Notes: generated by a model from the sequence alone, not told the origin. 64,000 nt of DNA from an uncultured Microthrixaceae bacterium (GCA_964450685.1 CAYVDN010000006.1:3532-67531), one strand, 5' to 3'; counted from the stretch's first letter, positions 29,268 to 38,596 are shown. Program-made: numbers and translations.

Positions 29268-30985
29268 GGGCAATGGACGATCCTGCCGGGTCCGAGCGTA
29301 CGAGGCGCATCGCCCGCACCGGCCCTGCTGTCGTGCTGGTGGTCCTGGCAGCGCTCGTCGCCGCTCTGATCGCGACCACCCCGGCGCAGGAGTCCGCGAC
29401 AACCTCGTCGGCTCCACCGAGCACGGGCGAGCTTGCGGATGTCGAGCTACCACCGGGTGTTCTGCCCTTCTCGGTCGCGGAGGCGCGTGGCGAGGTCGGC
29501 GACATCGACTGGGGTGACCGCTGCGACGTCGCCAATGGCGTGCTCGCGCTGCCGATGGCTCCACCGCCAGGCTGCTTCGCTCCCTATGCGGGGCCTGCAG
29601 GCGGAGCCACCGACACGGGGGTCACCAGCGACTCGATTCGCGTCGTCGTCTACGTGCCGCAGGAGAACGACCCGATTCTCAGCTTCGTCTACCGGCAGGT
29701 GGGAGCGGACGACACGCCGTCGGACACGTTCGCCACCTACCAGGGCTACAGCGAGTTGCTGGGCCGCTACTTCGAGACGTATCGCCGGCGGATCGAACTG
29801 GTTCGTTACGACGCCACGGGGTCGATCAGCGACGACGTCGCCGCCACCACCGACGCCGAGACGATCGCGCGTGACATCGAGCCGTTCGCTGTGATCGGAG
29901 GGCCGATGCTGAGCGATGCGTTCGCCGAGACACTCGCCGCGAACGAGATCATGTGCGTGTCCTGCGTGCCGGGCAGGACTACCGAGTGGTACGAGCAGCG
30001 GGCCCCCTACGTCTGGGACCTGCAGAAGAACACCGGTCAGTCACAGTCGATGGCCGCCGAGTACGTCGGCAAGCGCCTGGCCGGTCGGCCGGCGAGCTTC
30101 GGCGGCGATGCCGTCCGGGACGAGCAGCGCATGTTCGGTCTGATCTACCTCTCGTCGGGTCCCGAGGCGGAGGCGCTCCGTGAACGGATGGAGGAGGTGC
30201 TGGCCGATGACTACGGGGTCACCTTCGCCGACGTCGCGTCGTTCACCGATCCGATCTCGCTGGGCGGCCAGGCACGGGAGATGCTCGCCCGGATGAAGTC
30301 GAGAGGCGTCACGACCATCCTCTACGTCGGTGACCCCCTTGCTCCGCAGGCCCTGACGCAGAACGCGACCGCCCAGGACTATTTCCCCGAATGGGTGGTG
30401 ACCGGCTCGTCGCTGGTCGACACCTCGGTGTTCGGACGCACCTACGACCAGGAGCAGTGGCGTCACGCGTTCGGTCCCTCGAACCTGTTCGCCCGCGTCT
30501 CTCCATCGGTCGCGGGTGCGGTGTCGCTGTACCACTGGTACTACGGCGAGGACCCTCCGGCCCGCTCCACCGCGCCGCTGATCCTGCCGAACCTCCAGTT
30601 CATCTACTCCGTCGTCCAGGGGGCGGGCACCGAGTTGACCCACGAGATGTTCCAGCGCGCCGTCTTCGGTGCGCAGATCATCCCCGGCAACGTCCTCTCA
30701 CCCCAGATCTCCTGGGGTGAGCGCGGCATCTGGCCGGGAGTGGACTACGCCGGGGTGGACGATCAGACCGAGGTCTGGTGGGACGCCGAGGCAGAAGGTG
30801 TAGACGAGACCGGCAAGAACGGCCGCGGGCTCTGGGCGTACGTCGACGGCGGTGAGCGATACCTGCCCGGCGAGTGGCCGGAGACCGAGCCGAAGGTGTT
30901 CGACCCCGAAGGTGCGGTGACCGTCTACGACGAGTTGCCGCCCGGCATCACCCTGCCCGAGTACGAGCCCCTACCAGAGGAGTGA
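29264..30985 (+). CDS. Membrane-anchored periplasmic-binding-protein type substrate-binding protein (Liv/type-1 PBP-like)
   Basis: 573 aa with an ATGA overlap to the upstream ATPase gene. It has an N-terminal TM anchor (GPAVVLVVLAALVAALIA). Its position as the fourth gene of the ABC operon supports the call. Family assignment comes from context and overall pattern only. Confidence 0.65.
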   Translation: MRAMDDPAGSERTRRIARTGPAVVLVVLAALVAALIATTPAQESATTSSAPPSTGELADVELPPGVLPFSVAEARGEVGDIDWGDRCDVANGVLALPMAPPPGCFAPYAGPAGGATDTGVTSDSIRVVVYVPQENDPILSFVYRQVGADDTPSDTFATYQGYSELLGRYFETYRRRIELVRYDATGSISDDVAATTDAETIARDIEPFAVIGGPMLSDAFAETLAANEIMCVSCVPGRTTEWYEQRAPYVWDLQKNTGQSQSMAAEYVGKRLAGRPASFGGDAVRDEQRMFGLIYLSSGPEAEALRERMEEVLADDYGVTFADVASFTDPISLGGQAREMLARMKSRGVTTILYVGDPLAPQALTQNATAQDYFPEWVVTGSSLVDTSVFGRTYDQEQWRHAFGPSNLFARVSPSVAGAVSLYHWYYGEDPPARSTAPLILPNLQFIYSVVQGAGTELTHEMFQRAVFGAQIIPGNVLSPQISWGERGIWPGVDYAGVDDQTEVWWDAEAEGVDETGKNGRGLWAYVDGGERYLPGEWPETEPKVFDPEGAVTVYDELPPGITLPEYEPLPEE

Positions 30986-30995
30986 GCCGGGGTGG

Positions 30996-31892
30996 TCAGC
31001 TGTCGCCGGGGTGGTCCCGCAGGAACTCCTGGAGCTCCTCGGCCAGTTCGTCGCCGCTTGGCAGGCTGTCGAAATCGATCGTCGGCGCATCGTCGGGACC
31101 ACCGAGGCCCTGGTCCATCAGCTCCTCGAGCTGGCTGATCATCGTGCGGTGCTCGGGGTTCTCGGCGACCAGCTCGTCGAGCCGCACCCTGGTGCCGCGG
31201 GCGTCCGACGGAAGCTGGCCGGCGTCGACCCGCAGTCCGGCGACGTCGCCGAGGCCCTCGAGAAGCGCCACGCTCGCAGCCGGGTATGGCATGGACGCAA
31301 CGTAATGAGGGACCTGGGCCCAGAGCCCGAGTGTCGGCAGACCGGCCTCGTTCGCTGTGACGTCGATGACGGTGTGGATGCCGGCGGGGACGTCGAGCGT
31401 GCCACGGACGTACCCGTGCAGAGAGCCTGATAGGTCCGCTGACGACGTCGTTATCGACAAGGCAGTAGGACGGGTGTGGGCGACTGGAGCGGGGTAGGCG
31501 CCGAGGGTGACGATCATCCGGCACTCGTGGTCGTCGGCCAGTTCGACGACGGTGTCGGCGAACGCCTGCCACTCGTAGTCCGGTTCGGCACCGACGAGTG
31601 CCAACACATCGTTGCCGGCGTTGTCGGTGCCGGCACGCAGCTCGATGGCGGGCCAGGTCAGCCCGGTCACCAGACCGTTCACGAGGTGCATGATCGGTCG
31701 GCGCGACCTGTGGTCCAGGAGGCGGTCGGCGTCGAACTCGGCGATCGTCTCGGCGTTCGTCGCTGCGAGCAGGGCTGCGATCGCATTGGCTCCGCCCGCA
31801 CCCGAGTCGATCCAGCCATCGAGCGCGACGACCATCACGGGTTCGGTGAGCTCCGGTGCGAAGTGGACCTCGACCAGGGGGTTCTCGCTCAT
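30996..31892 (-). CDS. PAC2 (proteasome assembly chaperone 2-like) family protein
   Basis: 298 aa. The N-terminus PVMVVALDGWIDSGAGGANAIAAL and the acidic C-terminal tail are typical of actinobacterial PAC2-family proteins. Confidence 0.7.
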   Translation of the reverse strand: MSENPLVEVHFAPELTEPVMVVALDGWIDSGAGGANAIAALLAATNAETIAEFDADRLLDHRSRRPIMHLVNGLVTGLTWPAIELRAGTDNAGNDVLALVGAEPDYEWQAFADTVVELADDHECRMIVTLGAYPAPVAHTRPTALSITTSSADLSGSLHGYVRGTLDVPAGIHTVIDVTANEAGLPTLGLWAQVPHYVASMPYPAASVALLEGLGDVAGLRVDAGQLPSDARGTRVRLDELVAENPEHRTMISQLEELMDQGLGGPDDAPTIDFDSLPSGDELAEELQEFLRDHPGDS

Positions 31893-33031
31893 GAGATCTC
31901 CTTCGATGCATCGCGTGTCAGCTCGGTGAGGTGGTCGAGCATGTGGCGGAAACCCGAGATCGTCTGCGCCGGGACGTCACCCATGGCGCCGCCGGCGTAA
32001 CGCGCATAGACGCCGGCGATGATGCAGGTGAGCTTCCAGTAGCCGAACGCCACGTAGAACGGAAGGTCGGACAGGTCCCTACTCGATGCCCTTGCGTAGC
32101 GCTCGATGAGTTCGCGCTTGCGAGGGAAGCCGTCGAGTGCAGTCGGTGAGGCCTGGGGCATCACGGCGTCCTCGTCGGGGTCGGACCAGTAGACCCAAAG
32201 CAGACCGACATCTGCCAGAGGGTCTCCGAGGGTGCAGATCTCCCAGTCGAGCACTGCCGCGATCGATCCGTCCGCGCCCAGCATGCAGTTGTCGAGCCGG
32301 TAGTCGCCGTGCACGATCGTGGCAGGGCCCTGCGGCGGCACCGTGCGGGCCAACAGGTCGTGGACGTCGTGGACCGCCTGCAGGCCGAGGCCGCCGTCGA
32401 CCTGTGCCTCGGACCCCTGGAACTGGGTGTACCAGCGTCTCAGCTGGCGGGCCACGTAGTCCTCCTTACGGCCCAGTTCTCCGAGCCCGACTCGGTCGAC
32501 GTCGACAGCATGGATCGATGCGAGGACGTCGATGATCGACTCGCCGGCACGGGACCGCTGGGCCGCGTCGAGCGAAGCGGCATCGTCGTGCGAGCGGATC
32601 ACCCTGCCCTCGACGAAGTCCATTACGTAGAACGGCGCTCCGTTGACCGACGGGTCATCGCACAGCCCGACAGTCGGTGGCACAGGGACATCCGTCGGGC
32701 CGAGAGCCGAGATGATCGTGTGTTCCCTGGACATGTCGTGAGCGGTTGCAAGTACCTGACCCAGCGGAGGTCGACGCAGCACCCACCGGCGCGAAGTCGT
32801 GTCCGTGACCGAGTAGGTGAGGTTGGAGTGGCCGCCGGCGATCAACTCGAAACGCAGCGGTGCCGCTGCTTCGGGCACGTGCTGGGCGAACCAGCGGGTC
32901 ACGCCGGCCGCGTCGATCCCGTCGGGAACACCGGACGTCGCCCCCGAACGGGGTGAGTCTGGGGACAGGTCGGTTGCGTCGTTCACGGCGCGCTCCGGGA
33001 TCGGTAGGGGTGGAAGGGGCGGGGCGACCAC
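31889..33031 (-). CDS. Aminoglycoside-phosphotransferase-fold kinase (APH/ACAD10-11 type phosphotransferase)
   Basis: 380 aa with catalytic loop IVHGDYRLDNCML and metal-binding segment AVLDWEICTLGDPLAD. ATGA overlap with the PAC2 gene (31889-31892). Confidence 0.7.
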   Translation of the reverse strand: MVAPPLPPLPIPERAVNDATDLSPDSPRSGATSGVPDGIDAAGVTRWFAQHVPEAAAPLRFELIAGGHSNLTYSVTDTTSRRWVLRRPPLGQVLATAHDMSREHTIISALGPTDVPVPPTVGLCDDPSVNGAPFYVMDFVEGRVIRSHDDAASLDAAQRSRAGESIIDVLASIHAVDVDRVGLGELGRKEDYVARQLRRWYTQFQGSEAQVDGGLGLQAVHDVHDLLARTVPPQGPATIVHGDYRLDNCMLGADGSIAAVLDWEICTLGDPLADVGLLWVYWSDPDEDAVMPQASPTALDGFPRKRELIERYARASSRDLSDLPFYVAFGYWKLTCIIAGVYARYAGGAMGDVPAQTISGFRHMLDHLTELTRDASKEIS

Positions 33032-33088
33032 GCTAGTTGCCGCGCGGTGATCACGGCCGTCGAAGCGCCACCCTTAAACTCCCTGGCC

Positions 33089-33790
33089 ATGGTCGACGTC
33101 ACCGATGCCACGTTCCAGACAGCTGTCATAGATCGCTCCGCTGTAGTGCCCGTGCTCGTCGACCTCTGGGCTGAGTGGTGCGGCCCCTGCAAGACCCTCG
33201 GACCGATCCTCGAACGGGTCGTGGCAGAAACCGACGGAGGGGTCGAGCTGGCCAAGGTCGACGTCGACTCGAATCCGGCCATCGCCCAGGCCTTCCGCGC
33301 ACAGTCGATACCCGCGGTCCATGCGATCAAGGACGGCCGCCCGGTCGACTCGTTCCTGGGTGCGCTGCCCGAAGCAGAGGTGCGGGCCTTCGTGCAGCGG
33401 CTCCTGCCCCCGAAGGAGCTGAGCGAGGTCGAGCGGCTCGTCGAGGTCGGCGACGAGGCGTCACTTCTGGCGGCATTGGAGCTGGAGGCCGACAACGTAG
33501 AGGCAGTCATCTCGCTCGCCGAGCTGTACGCGGGTGAGGAGCGTGGCGCGGAGGCGCTGGCCCTGCTCGAGCGCATCCCCGAGTCACCCGACACCCGCCG
33601 TGTGGCCGCGCTGGCTCGCCGTGGCCCTGTGGCGGCGTCGGGAATCGACGGTCGCCTGGCCGAGCTGCTGCGATCGGTGAAGGCCGACGACGACGCCCGG
33701 CGTGAGTTCGTCGACCTGCTCGAGCTGCTCGCCGACGACGACCCGACCAAGGTCGACTGGCGGCGCAAGCTGAGCGCCCAGCTGTTCTAG
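33089..33790 (+). CDS. Thioredoxin-domain protein with C-terminal TPR-like domain (YbbN/CnoX-like)
   Basis: Start moved to ATG 33089 (MVDVTDATFQTAV). It has the WCGPC active site (DLWAEWCGPCKTLGP). The helical C-terminal half ALELEADNVEAVISLAELY is TPR-like. Confidence 0.85.
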   Translation: MVDVTDATFQTAVIDRSAVVPVLVDLWAEWCGPCKTLGPILERVVAETDGGVELAKVDVDSNPAIAQAFRAQSIPAVHAIKDGRPVDSFLGALPEAEVRAFVQRLLPPKELSEVERLVEVGDEASLLAALELEADNVEAVISLAELYAGEERGAEALALLERIPESPDTRRVAALARRGPVAASGIDGRLAELLRSVKADDDARREFVDLLELLADDDPTKVDWRRKLSAQLF

Positions 33791-33957
33791 CCCGGCCCTG
33801 CTGGTCTGGACCGCCCTGCTGTTTTGGCCGGGGAGCGCGACCCTCATCGCTGAGCGTCGGCCCGGCGACCTCGGCGGCTACCGTTCGTGGCCTTCCCCCA
33901 GAAGCCCACGCGGCGCCTTGAACAGTCGCGCGCTGCTGATCGAAGGGGACGGCCACA

Positions 33958-34734
33958 GTGGTCGACGACGGGGCATTCACCGACGCCACCGGGCGGGCCC
34001 AGGCAGCACTTGACCGCCTTGTCCGTGACAGCGGGTCCACCGAGGCTCCACGTGGACGCCGGGTACGGGTCGCCGCCCTGGTCCTCGCCACCGTCGCTGT
34101 GATCCTGGTCCTCGTGTTCCGGCGCCCCGCCCCCGTGGAGGAGAGCCTGCCGATGGTGGCCGACAGCGCTGCCGAATCAGCTGGGTCCGAGTCAGATGGG
34201 TCCGAATCAGGTGGGTCTGGATCCGACACCGGGTCCGAGCAGGAGGTCGCGACGACCGTCGCCGACGCCGGACTCGTGGTGCACGTGGTCGGCGCCGTGG
34301 CCTCGCCAGGAGTGGTCACCCTCGGGGCGGGTAGCAGAGTCGTCGACGCGGTCACGGCTGCAGGAGGGCTCCGGCCGGACGCCGATCCCGATCGGGTCAA
34401 CCTGGCGGCGCCGCTCGAGGACGGCCAGAGGGTGGTGGTGCCCGTGGTGGGCCAGGAACCGCCGACAGTGGTCGGTTCGGGTGGCACGGGCGGGTCCTCG
34501 GCGGGGGATGGGTCGTCGTCCGCCGGATCGCAGTCCGCGCCGATCGACCTGAACTCGGCAACCGCGCAGGATCTCGAGACCCTGCCTGGAGTCGGGCCGG
34601 CGACATCGTCGGCGATCATCAGCCACCGCGAGAAGGAAGGGCCCTTCCGTAGTGTTGATGACCTCCTCGACGTACGTGGCATCGGTGAGGCGAAGCTCGA
34701 TGCTCTCAGGGATCTGGTCTCCGTCGGGTCATGA
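33958..34734 (+). CDS. comEA: ComEA family DNA-binding competence protein
   Basis: 258 aa with an N-terminal TM, a SLBB-like middle (VVHVVGAVASPGVVTL) and C-terminal tandem helix-hairpin-helix motifs. These read IDLNSATAQDLETLPGVGPATSSAII...VRGIGEAKLDAL. Confidence 0.85.
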   Translation: MVDDGAFTDATGRAQAALDRLVRDSGSTEAPRGRRVRVAALVLATVAVILVLVFRRPAPVEESLPMVADSAAESAGSESDGSESGGSGSDTGSEQEVATTVADAGLVVHVVGAVASPGVVTLGAGSRVVDAVTAAGGLRPDADPDRVNLAAPLEDGQRVVVPVVGQEPPTVVGSGGTGGSSAGDGSSSAGSQSAPIDLNSATAQDLETLPGVGPATSSAIISHREKEGPFRSVDDLLDVRGIGEAKLDALRDLVSVGS

Positions 34735-36626
34735 GCCTGGGTGCCGGCCGGGACAGCTCGGCTTCCGAGAGCGGGTCCACACCTCCGGGCGCACACGCAA
34801 GGTTTGCTCGGTCGTCGCTGCAGCGTGTGGACGTGGCTCATCTGCTCGTAGCGGCAGCGGTGACGCTGTCGGCGTGGTTGACCTTGCCGCTCGATCGGAA
34901 CACCGCCCTGGTGTCGGTCGCTGTGATGGTGGTCACGGGCGTTCTTGTCCGAGAACCGCTGCTGTTGGCGGCGTCAGCGATCCTGTTCACGGGGGCGAAC
35001 GCCGGCGAGCAGCTTCGAGCACTCGCTGTCGAACCGCCCGCGAGCGTGAGCGGAATCGCTCTTCTCGTGGGGGACCCGGAGCGGTCGGACTTCGGTTGGC
35101 AGGTGCTGCTGGAGTTCGCCGGTCGCCGATACGCGGCAGCTGTCGACGGAGATGTCGGACGACCCCTGTCGACGCTCGCGACCGGTGATCACGTGGTCGT
35201 GGAGGGACGCCCCCGACCGTTGCGCAACGCACCGGTCGGGTGGGTCCGCTCCAACCACCTCGTCGCAAGGCTTGCGGTCCGTAGTCTCGAACGGGGTCCT
35301 CCGGCCGCTCCGTGGTACCGGTTGGCCAACGGTGTCAGGAACGTGCTCGCCGCCGGTTCACGGTCGTTCGACCAGGAGCGGAGCCCGCTGTATCTGGGGA
35401 TGGTGATAGGCGACGACCGAGACCTGTCCGCTCTGCGCGAGTTCCGGTTCCGGTCGGCTGGACTCACCCATCTGAGCGCCGTGTCCGGTCAGAACGTCGG
35501 GTTCCTACTGCTCCTGTTCTCACCCGTGCTGGCCAGGTTCGAACGGCGCGCGCGTTGGGCGGCGACCTGCTTCGTCCTGGTGTTCTTCGTGCTGGTCACC
35601 CGGGCGGACCCGTCGGTGCTCCGGGCGGCAGTCATGGCATCGGTCGCGGCAGCCGCACTCTCGAGCGGCAGGTCGTTGTCGACGTCGCGGGCGCTCGCGG
35701 TCGCCGTGGTGGTCCTGTTGATCGTGGATCCCCTGATGGTGCACTCGATCGGGTTCTCGTTGTCGGTGACCGCGACGCTCGCGCTCGTGTTCGCGGCTCC
35801 ACTCGTGGCGATGCATCTGCCCGGCCCCAGTTGGCTGCGCGTACCGCTATCAGCGACTGTGTGCGCGCAGCTGGCGACTGCACCTCTGCTGGCGTCGATC
35901 GGATCGACCAGCTCCCCGATGGCAGTACCTGCCAACCTGCTCGCCGTACCCGTCGCCGGAGCGGTGATGGTGCTCGGCATGACCGTGGGCACTGTGGCAG
36001 GTCTGGTGGCAGAACCGATCGCCGCGGTCCTGCAGCTGCCGTGCCGGGCTGCAGTCGGATGGGTGGACATGGTCGCAGCGGTCGCTTCCGGCGTGCCGTG
36101 CCGACCCATCGGGATCGCCCGGTTGGCGGCCGTGGTGACACTCGTGGCTCTGGCTGTCGTCGCCAGGTCGCGGTCGGTCGGAGCGTGTGCGGCAGAGCGG
36201 CCCTGGGGGCTGTCGGCGCTGCGTGTGTGTCGACGACTCGTCCTGGTCGCTGCCGTTGTCGTGGTGGTCATCTCGTGCTGGCCGAGCCGACCCGGCGCCG
36301 GGGTGTTCAGCCCGGCGAAGGGAGTGGATGTCGTCGTAGGAGGATGTGGCGCAGTGGTGGTGAAACTCTCACGCGGAGCTCGCGGGGTGGCTACGCTCAC
36401 GGCCCTTTCATCCATGGGAGTCAGACGGGTCGACGTGTTGGTGGTGGGTGGAGGAGCGGGCCGTGTCGGCGCGTCGGTCGCCGAGCAGTGGCCGGTCCGG
36501 CGACGTCTCGACGAGGGACGCGTGTCCGGTCCGGAGTCGTTCTCAGTAGGGGGAGTGGACGTGGATGTGAGCGAGGACGCTGTGCAGATAGGGCTGTCGG
36601 AGGGGCCGTGTAGTTTGGGTCCGTGA
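34731..36626 (+). CDS. comEC: ComEC/Rec2 family membrane channel protein, without a recognisable metallo-beta-lactamase motif
   Basis: 631 aa with an ATGA overlap to comEA. It has a DUF4131-like N-terminus and the competence domain SAGLTHLSAVSGQNVGFLL plus many TM helices. The last ~130 residues contain no His at all. Confidence 0.8.
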   Translation: MSLGAGRDSSASESGSTPPGAHARFARSSLQRVDVAHLLVAAAVTLSAWLTLPLDRNTALVSVAVMVVTGVLVREPLLLAASAILFTGANAGEQLRALAVEPPASVSGIALLVGDPERSDFGWQVLLEFAGRRYAAAVDGDVGRPLSTLATGDHVVVEGRPRPLRNAPVGWVRSNHLVARLAVRSLERGPPAAPWYRLANGVRNVLAAGSRSFDQERSPLYLGMVIGDDRDLSALREFRFRSAGLTHLSAVSGQNVGFLLLLFSPVLARFERRARWAATCFVLVFFVLVTRADPSVLRAAVMASVAAAALSSGRSLSTSRALAVAVVVLLIVDPLMVHSIGFSLSVTATLALVFAAPLVAMHLPGPSWLRVPLSATVCAQLATAPLLASIGSTSSPMAVPANLLAVPVAGAVMVLGMTVGTVAGLVAEPIAAVLQLPCRAAVGWVDMVAAVASGVPCRPIGIARLAAVVTLVALAVVARSRSVGACAAERPWGLSALRVCRRLVLVAAVVVVVISCWPSRPGAGVFSPAKGVDVVVGGCGAVVVKLSRGARGVATLTALSSMGVRRVDVLVVGGGAGRVGASVAEQWPVRRRLDEGRVSGPESFSVGGVDVDVSEDAVQIGLSEGPCSLGP

Positions 36627-37510
36627 TCCTGGAGCTGGGTCCGGACCACCGGTACGACATCACCCATCGAGCACTCGTGATGGGAATCCTCAACAGGACT
36701 CCGGACTCGTTCTTCGACGGTGGTCGATACTTCGCCTTCGACGGGTTCCTGTCGAAGGCGGAAGCACTCGTCGACGACGGCGCTGACTTCTTGGACGTGG
36801 GCGGCGTGAAGGCCGGGCCGGGACCCGAAGTCGGTACCGAGGAGGAGCTCGAGCGCGTCGTTCCGGCGGTTGCAGCGCTCCGTGAGCGCTTCGACGTGCC
36901 CGTCTCGGTGGACACGTGGAACCCGGTGGTGCTCCGTGCAGCGCTCGAGGCTGGTGCGGCGGTCGGCAACGACATCTCCGGCTTCGCCGCCCCCGACTAC
37001 CTGTCGATCTGCGCCGAGTTCGGGGCGAGTGTCGTCGCCACCCACATCCGCCTGGGACCGCGGATCCCCGACCCCGAGCCGGTGTACCGGGACCTCTGCG
37101 CCGATGTCCGTCACTTCCTCGGCGAGCGTGCACAGATGGCACTGGACGCGGGAATTCCGCGGGAGCGCATCATGGTCGACGACGGTCTCGACCTGGGCAA
37201 GACCGAGCCCCAGTCCCTGGAGCTGCTGCGGACATCGGATCAGCTCGTGGCGCTCGGATACGCGGCGTTCCTGTCCGCCTCCAACAAACGATTCCTGGGC
37301 GAGCTGCTCTGCTTGGATGTCACGGACAGGCGTGAGGCCAGTCACGCTGCTCACGTGGTGGGTATCAGCCTCGGTTGCCGGGTACTGAGGGCACATGACG
37401 TGCGTGGCGCCCGCCGAACGGTGGACATAGTCGCGGAGCTGCTCGAGCGCCGGGCGGAGCATGCTCCATCACCGGGACAGGCTCCATCACCGGGCCAGGC
37501 GGTGTACTGA
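36623..37510 (+). CDS. folP: Dihydropteroate synthase
   Basis: 295 aa with GILNRTPDSFFDGG, FLDVGGVKAGPG and SVDTW. GTGA overlap with the comEC stop. Confidence 0.9.
   Translation: MILELGPDHRYDITHRALVMGILNRTPDSFFDGGRYFAFDGFLSKAEALVDDGADFLDVGGVKAGPGPEVGTEEELERVVPAVAALRERFDVPVSVDTWNPVVLRAALEAGAAVGNDISGFAAPDYLSICAEFGASVVATHIRLGPRIPDPEPVYRDLCADVRHFLGERAQMALDAGIPRERIMVDDGLDLGKTEPQSLELLRTSDQLVALGYAAFLSASNKRFLGELLCLDVTDRREASHAAHVVGISLGCRVLRAHDVRGARRTVDIVAELLERRAEHAPSPGQAPSPGQAVY
37463..37498 (+). repeat. In-frame tandem repeat, 2 x 18 bp, encoding APSPGQ x2 at the FolP C-terminus
   Basis: GCTCCATCACCGGGACAG (37463-37480) and GCTCCATCACCGGGCCAG (37481-37498). Confidence 0.85.
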
Positions 37511-38520
37511 TGACCGAGCGAGTACCCATCCATCTCGTCAAGGGCGGAGACGAGGTGCTGCTGGCCGATGGTGCGCGCGATCTCGTCGAGTCGCTGGTGG
37601 GTGACAGCGACCGCAACGAGGTGCTGACCGAGTTCAGCGGGGACGACTACTCGCTGGGCGACGTGCTCATCTCGGCGTCCACGGTGTCGATGTTCGGCTC
37701 GCGGGTCGTCGTGGCCCGCAACGCCGGGCGTTTCGTCGCCGAGGACGTCGCTCCGCTCGTCGCGTACCTCGACGATCCGGCACCCGATTCGACCTTGGTG
37801 ATCGTTTGGGAGCGGGCAGCCAATCCTCAGGCCCGGCTGAGTCCGGTCCCCAAGAAGCTCACCGACGCGATCAAGTCGGCTGGGGGTAAGGTCCAGGACT
37901 GCGGCCTGCCGGGCGGCAAGGGTCGCCAGATGTGGGCGGACGACCAGTTCGACGCCGCCGGTGTGCAGCTCTCGCCCCGGGCCCGGAAGCTGATCGTGGA
38001 GCGTCTGGGCGACGACCTGAACCGGTTGGGTGGCATCCTCACGGTGCTCGAGGCGACGTTCGGAGATGTCCGGCTCGAACCCGATGACGTCGAGCCGTAT
38101 CTGGGCGAGGCGGGCGCGGTGCCCCCGTGGGACCTGACGGACGCGATCGACAGGGGAGACATAGCTGGCTCAGTGGCGAACCTGCATCGTCTGCTCGGTA
38201 ACGGGGCGCGTCACCCGTTGCAGGTGATGGTCACGCTGCAGTCCCACGTCGAGCGCATGCTGCGCCTCGATGGGTCCGGCGCCCGCGACGAGAAGGCCGC
38301 TGCCTCGGTCCTGGGTATGAAGGGCTCCACCTTCCCGGCGAAGAAGGCTCTTGCACAGGCCAACAAACTGGGTTCGCAACGGATCGCCAGGGCGACCCGT
38401 TTGGTCGCAGCAGCGGACGTGGATCTGCGGGGTCGTACCGAGCAGAGCGGTGAGGCCGTGCTCGAGACCCTCGTCGCCAGGCTGGCAGCGCTATCGGGCA
38501 GGAGAAGCGGCCGGCGGTAG
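37510..38520 (+). CDS. holA: DNA polymerase III delta subunit
   Basis: 336 aa. Its start shares one nt with the folP stop (TGATG). Gene position after comEC and the pattern VHLVKGGDEVLL...MFGSRVVVARNAG...LRLDGSG fit HolA. Confidence 0.8.
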   Translation: MTERVPIHLVKGGDEVLLADGARDLVESLVGDSDRNEVLTEFSGDDYSLGDVLISASTVSMFGSRVVVARNAGRFVAEDVAPLVAYLDDPAPDSTLVIVWERAANPQARLSPVPKKLTDAIKSAGGKVQDCGLPGGKGRQMWADDQFDAAGVQLSPRARKLIVERLGDDLNRLGGILTVLEATFGDVRLEPDDVEPYLGEAGAVPPWDLTDAIDRGDIAGSVANLHRLLGNGARHPLQVMVTLQSHVERMLRLDGSGARDEKAAASVLGMKGSTFPAKKALAQANKLGSQRIARATRLVAAADVDLRGRTEQSGEAVLETLVARLAALSGRRSGRR

Positions 38521-38537
38521 CGCAGCTGGAAGAAGGC

Positions 38538-38566
38538 GAGAGCCCGACCACTCGGGCCGGGCTCTC
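38538..38566. terminator. Hairpin between convergent holA and rpsT (bidirectional terminator candidate)
   Basis: GAGAGCCCG (38538-38546) pairs with CGGGCTCTC (38558-38566). An inner alternative stem CCCGA/TCGGG also exists. Confidence 0.65.
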
Positions 38567-38596
38567 GGAGGATGTTGCTGATCAGCCGGGTGTTGC

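Noticed and set aside
33791-33957. The 167-bp intergenic region upstream of comEA, considered as a possible riboswitch or sRNA
   Set aside because: It has only a weak CCGGCC...GGCCGG pairing and a duplicated CCCTGCTG. I recognise no conserved riboswitch core.
35489-37462. 657-aa minus-strand ORF
   Set aside because: It is antisense to comEC and folP, both well supported. The product is low-complexity Thr/Ala/Arg-rich.
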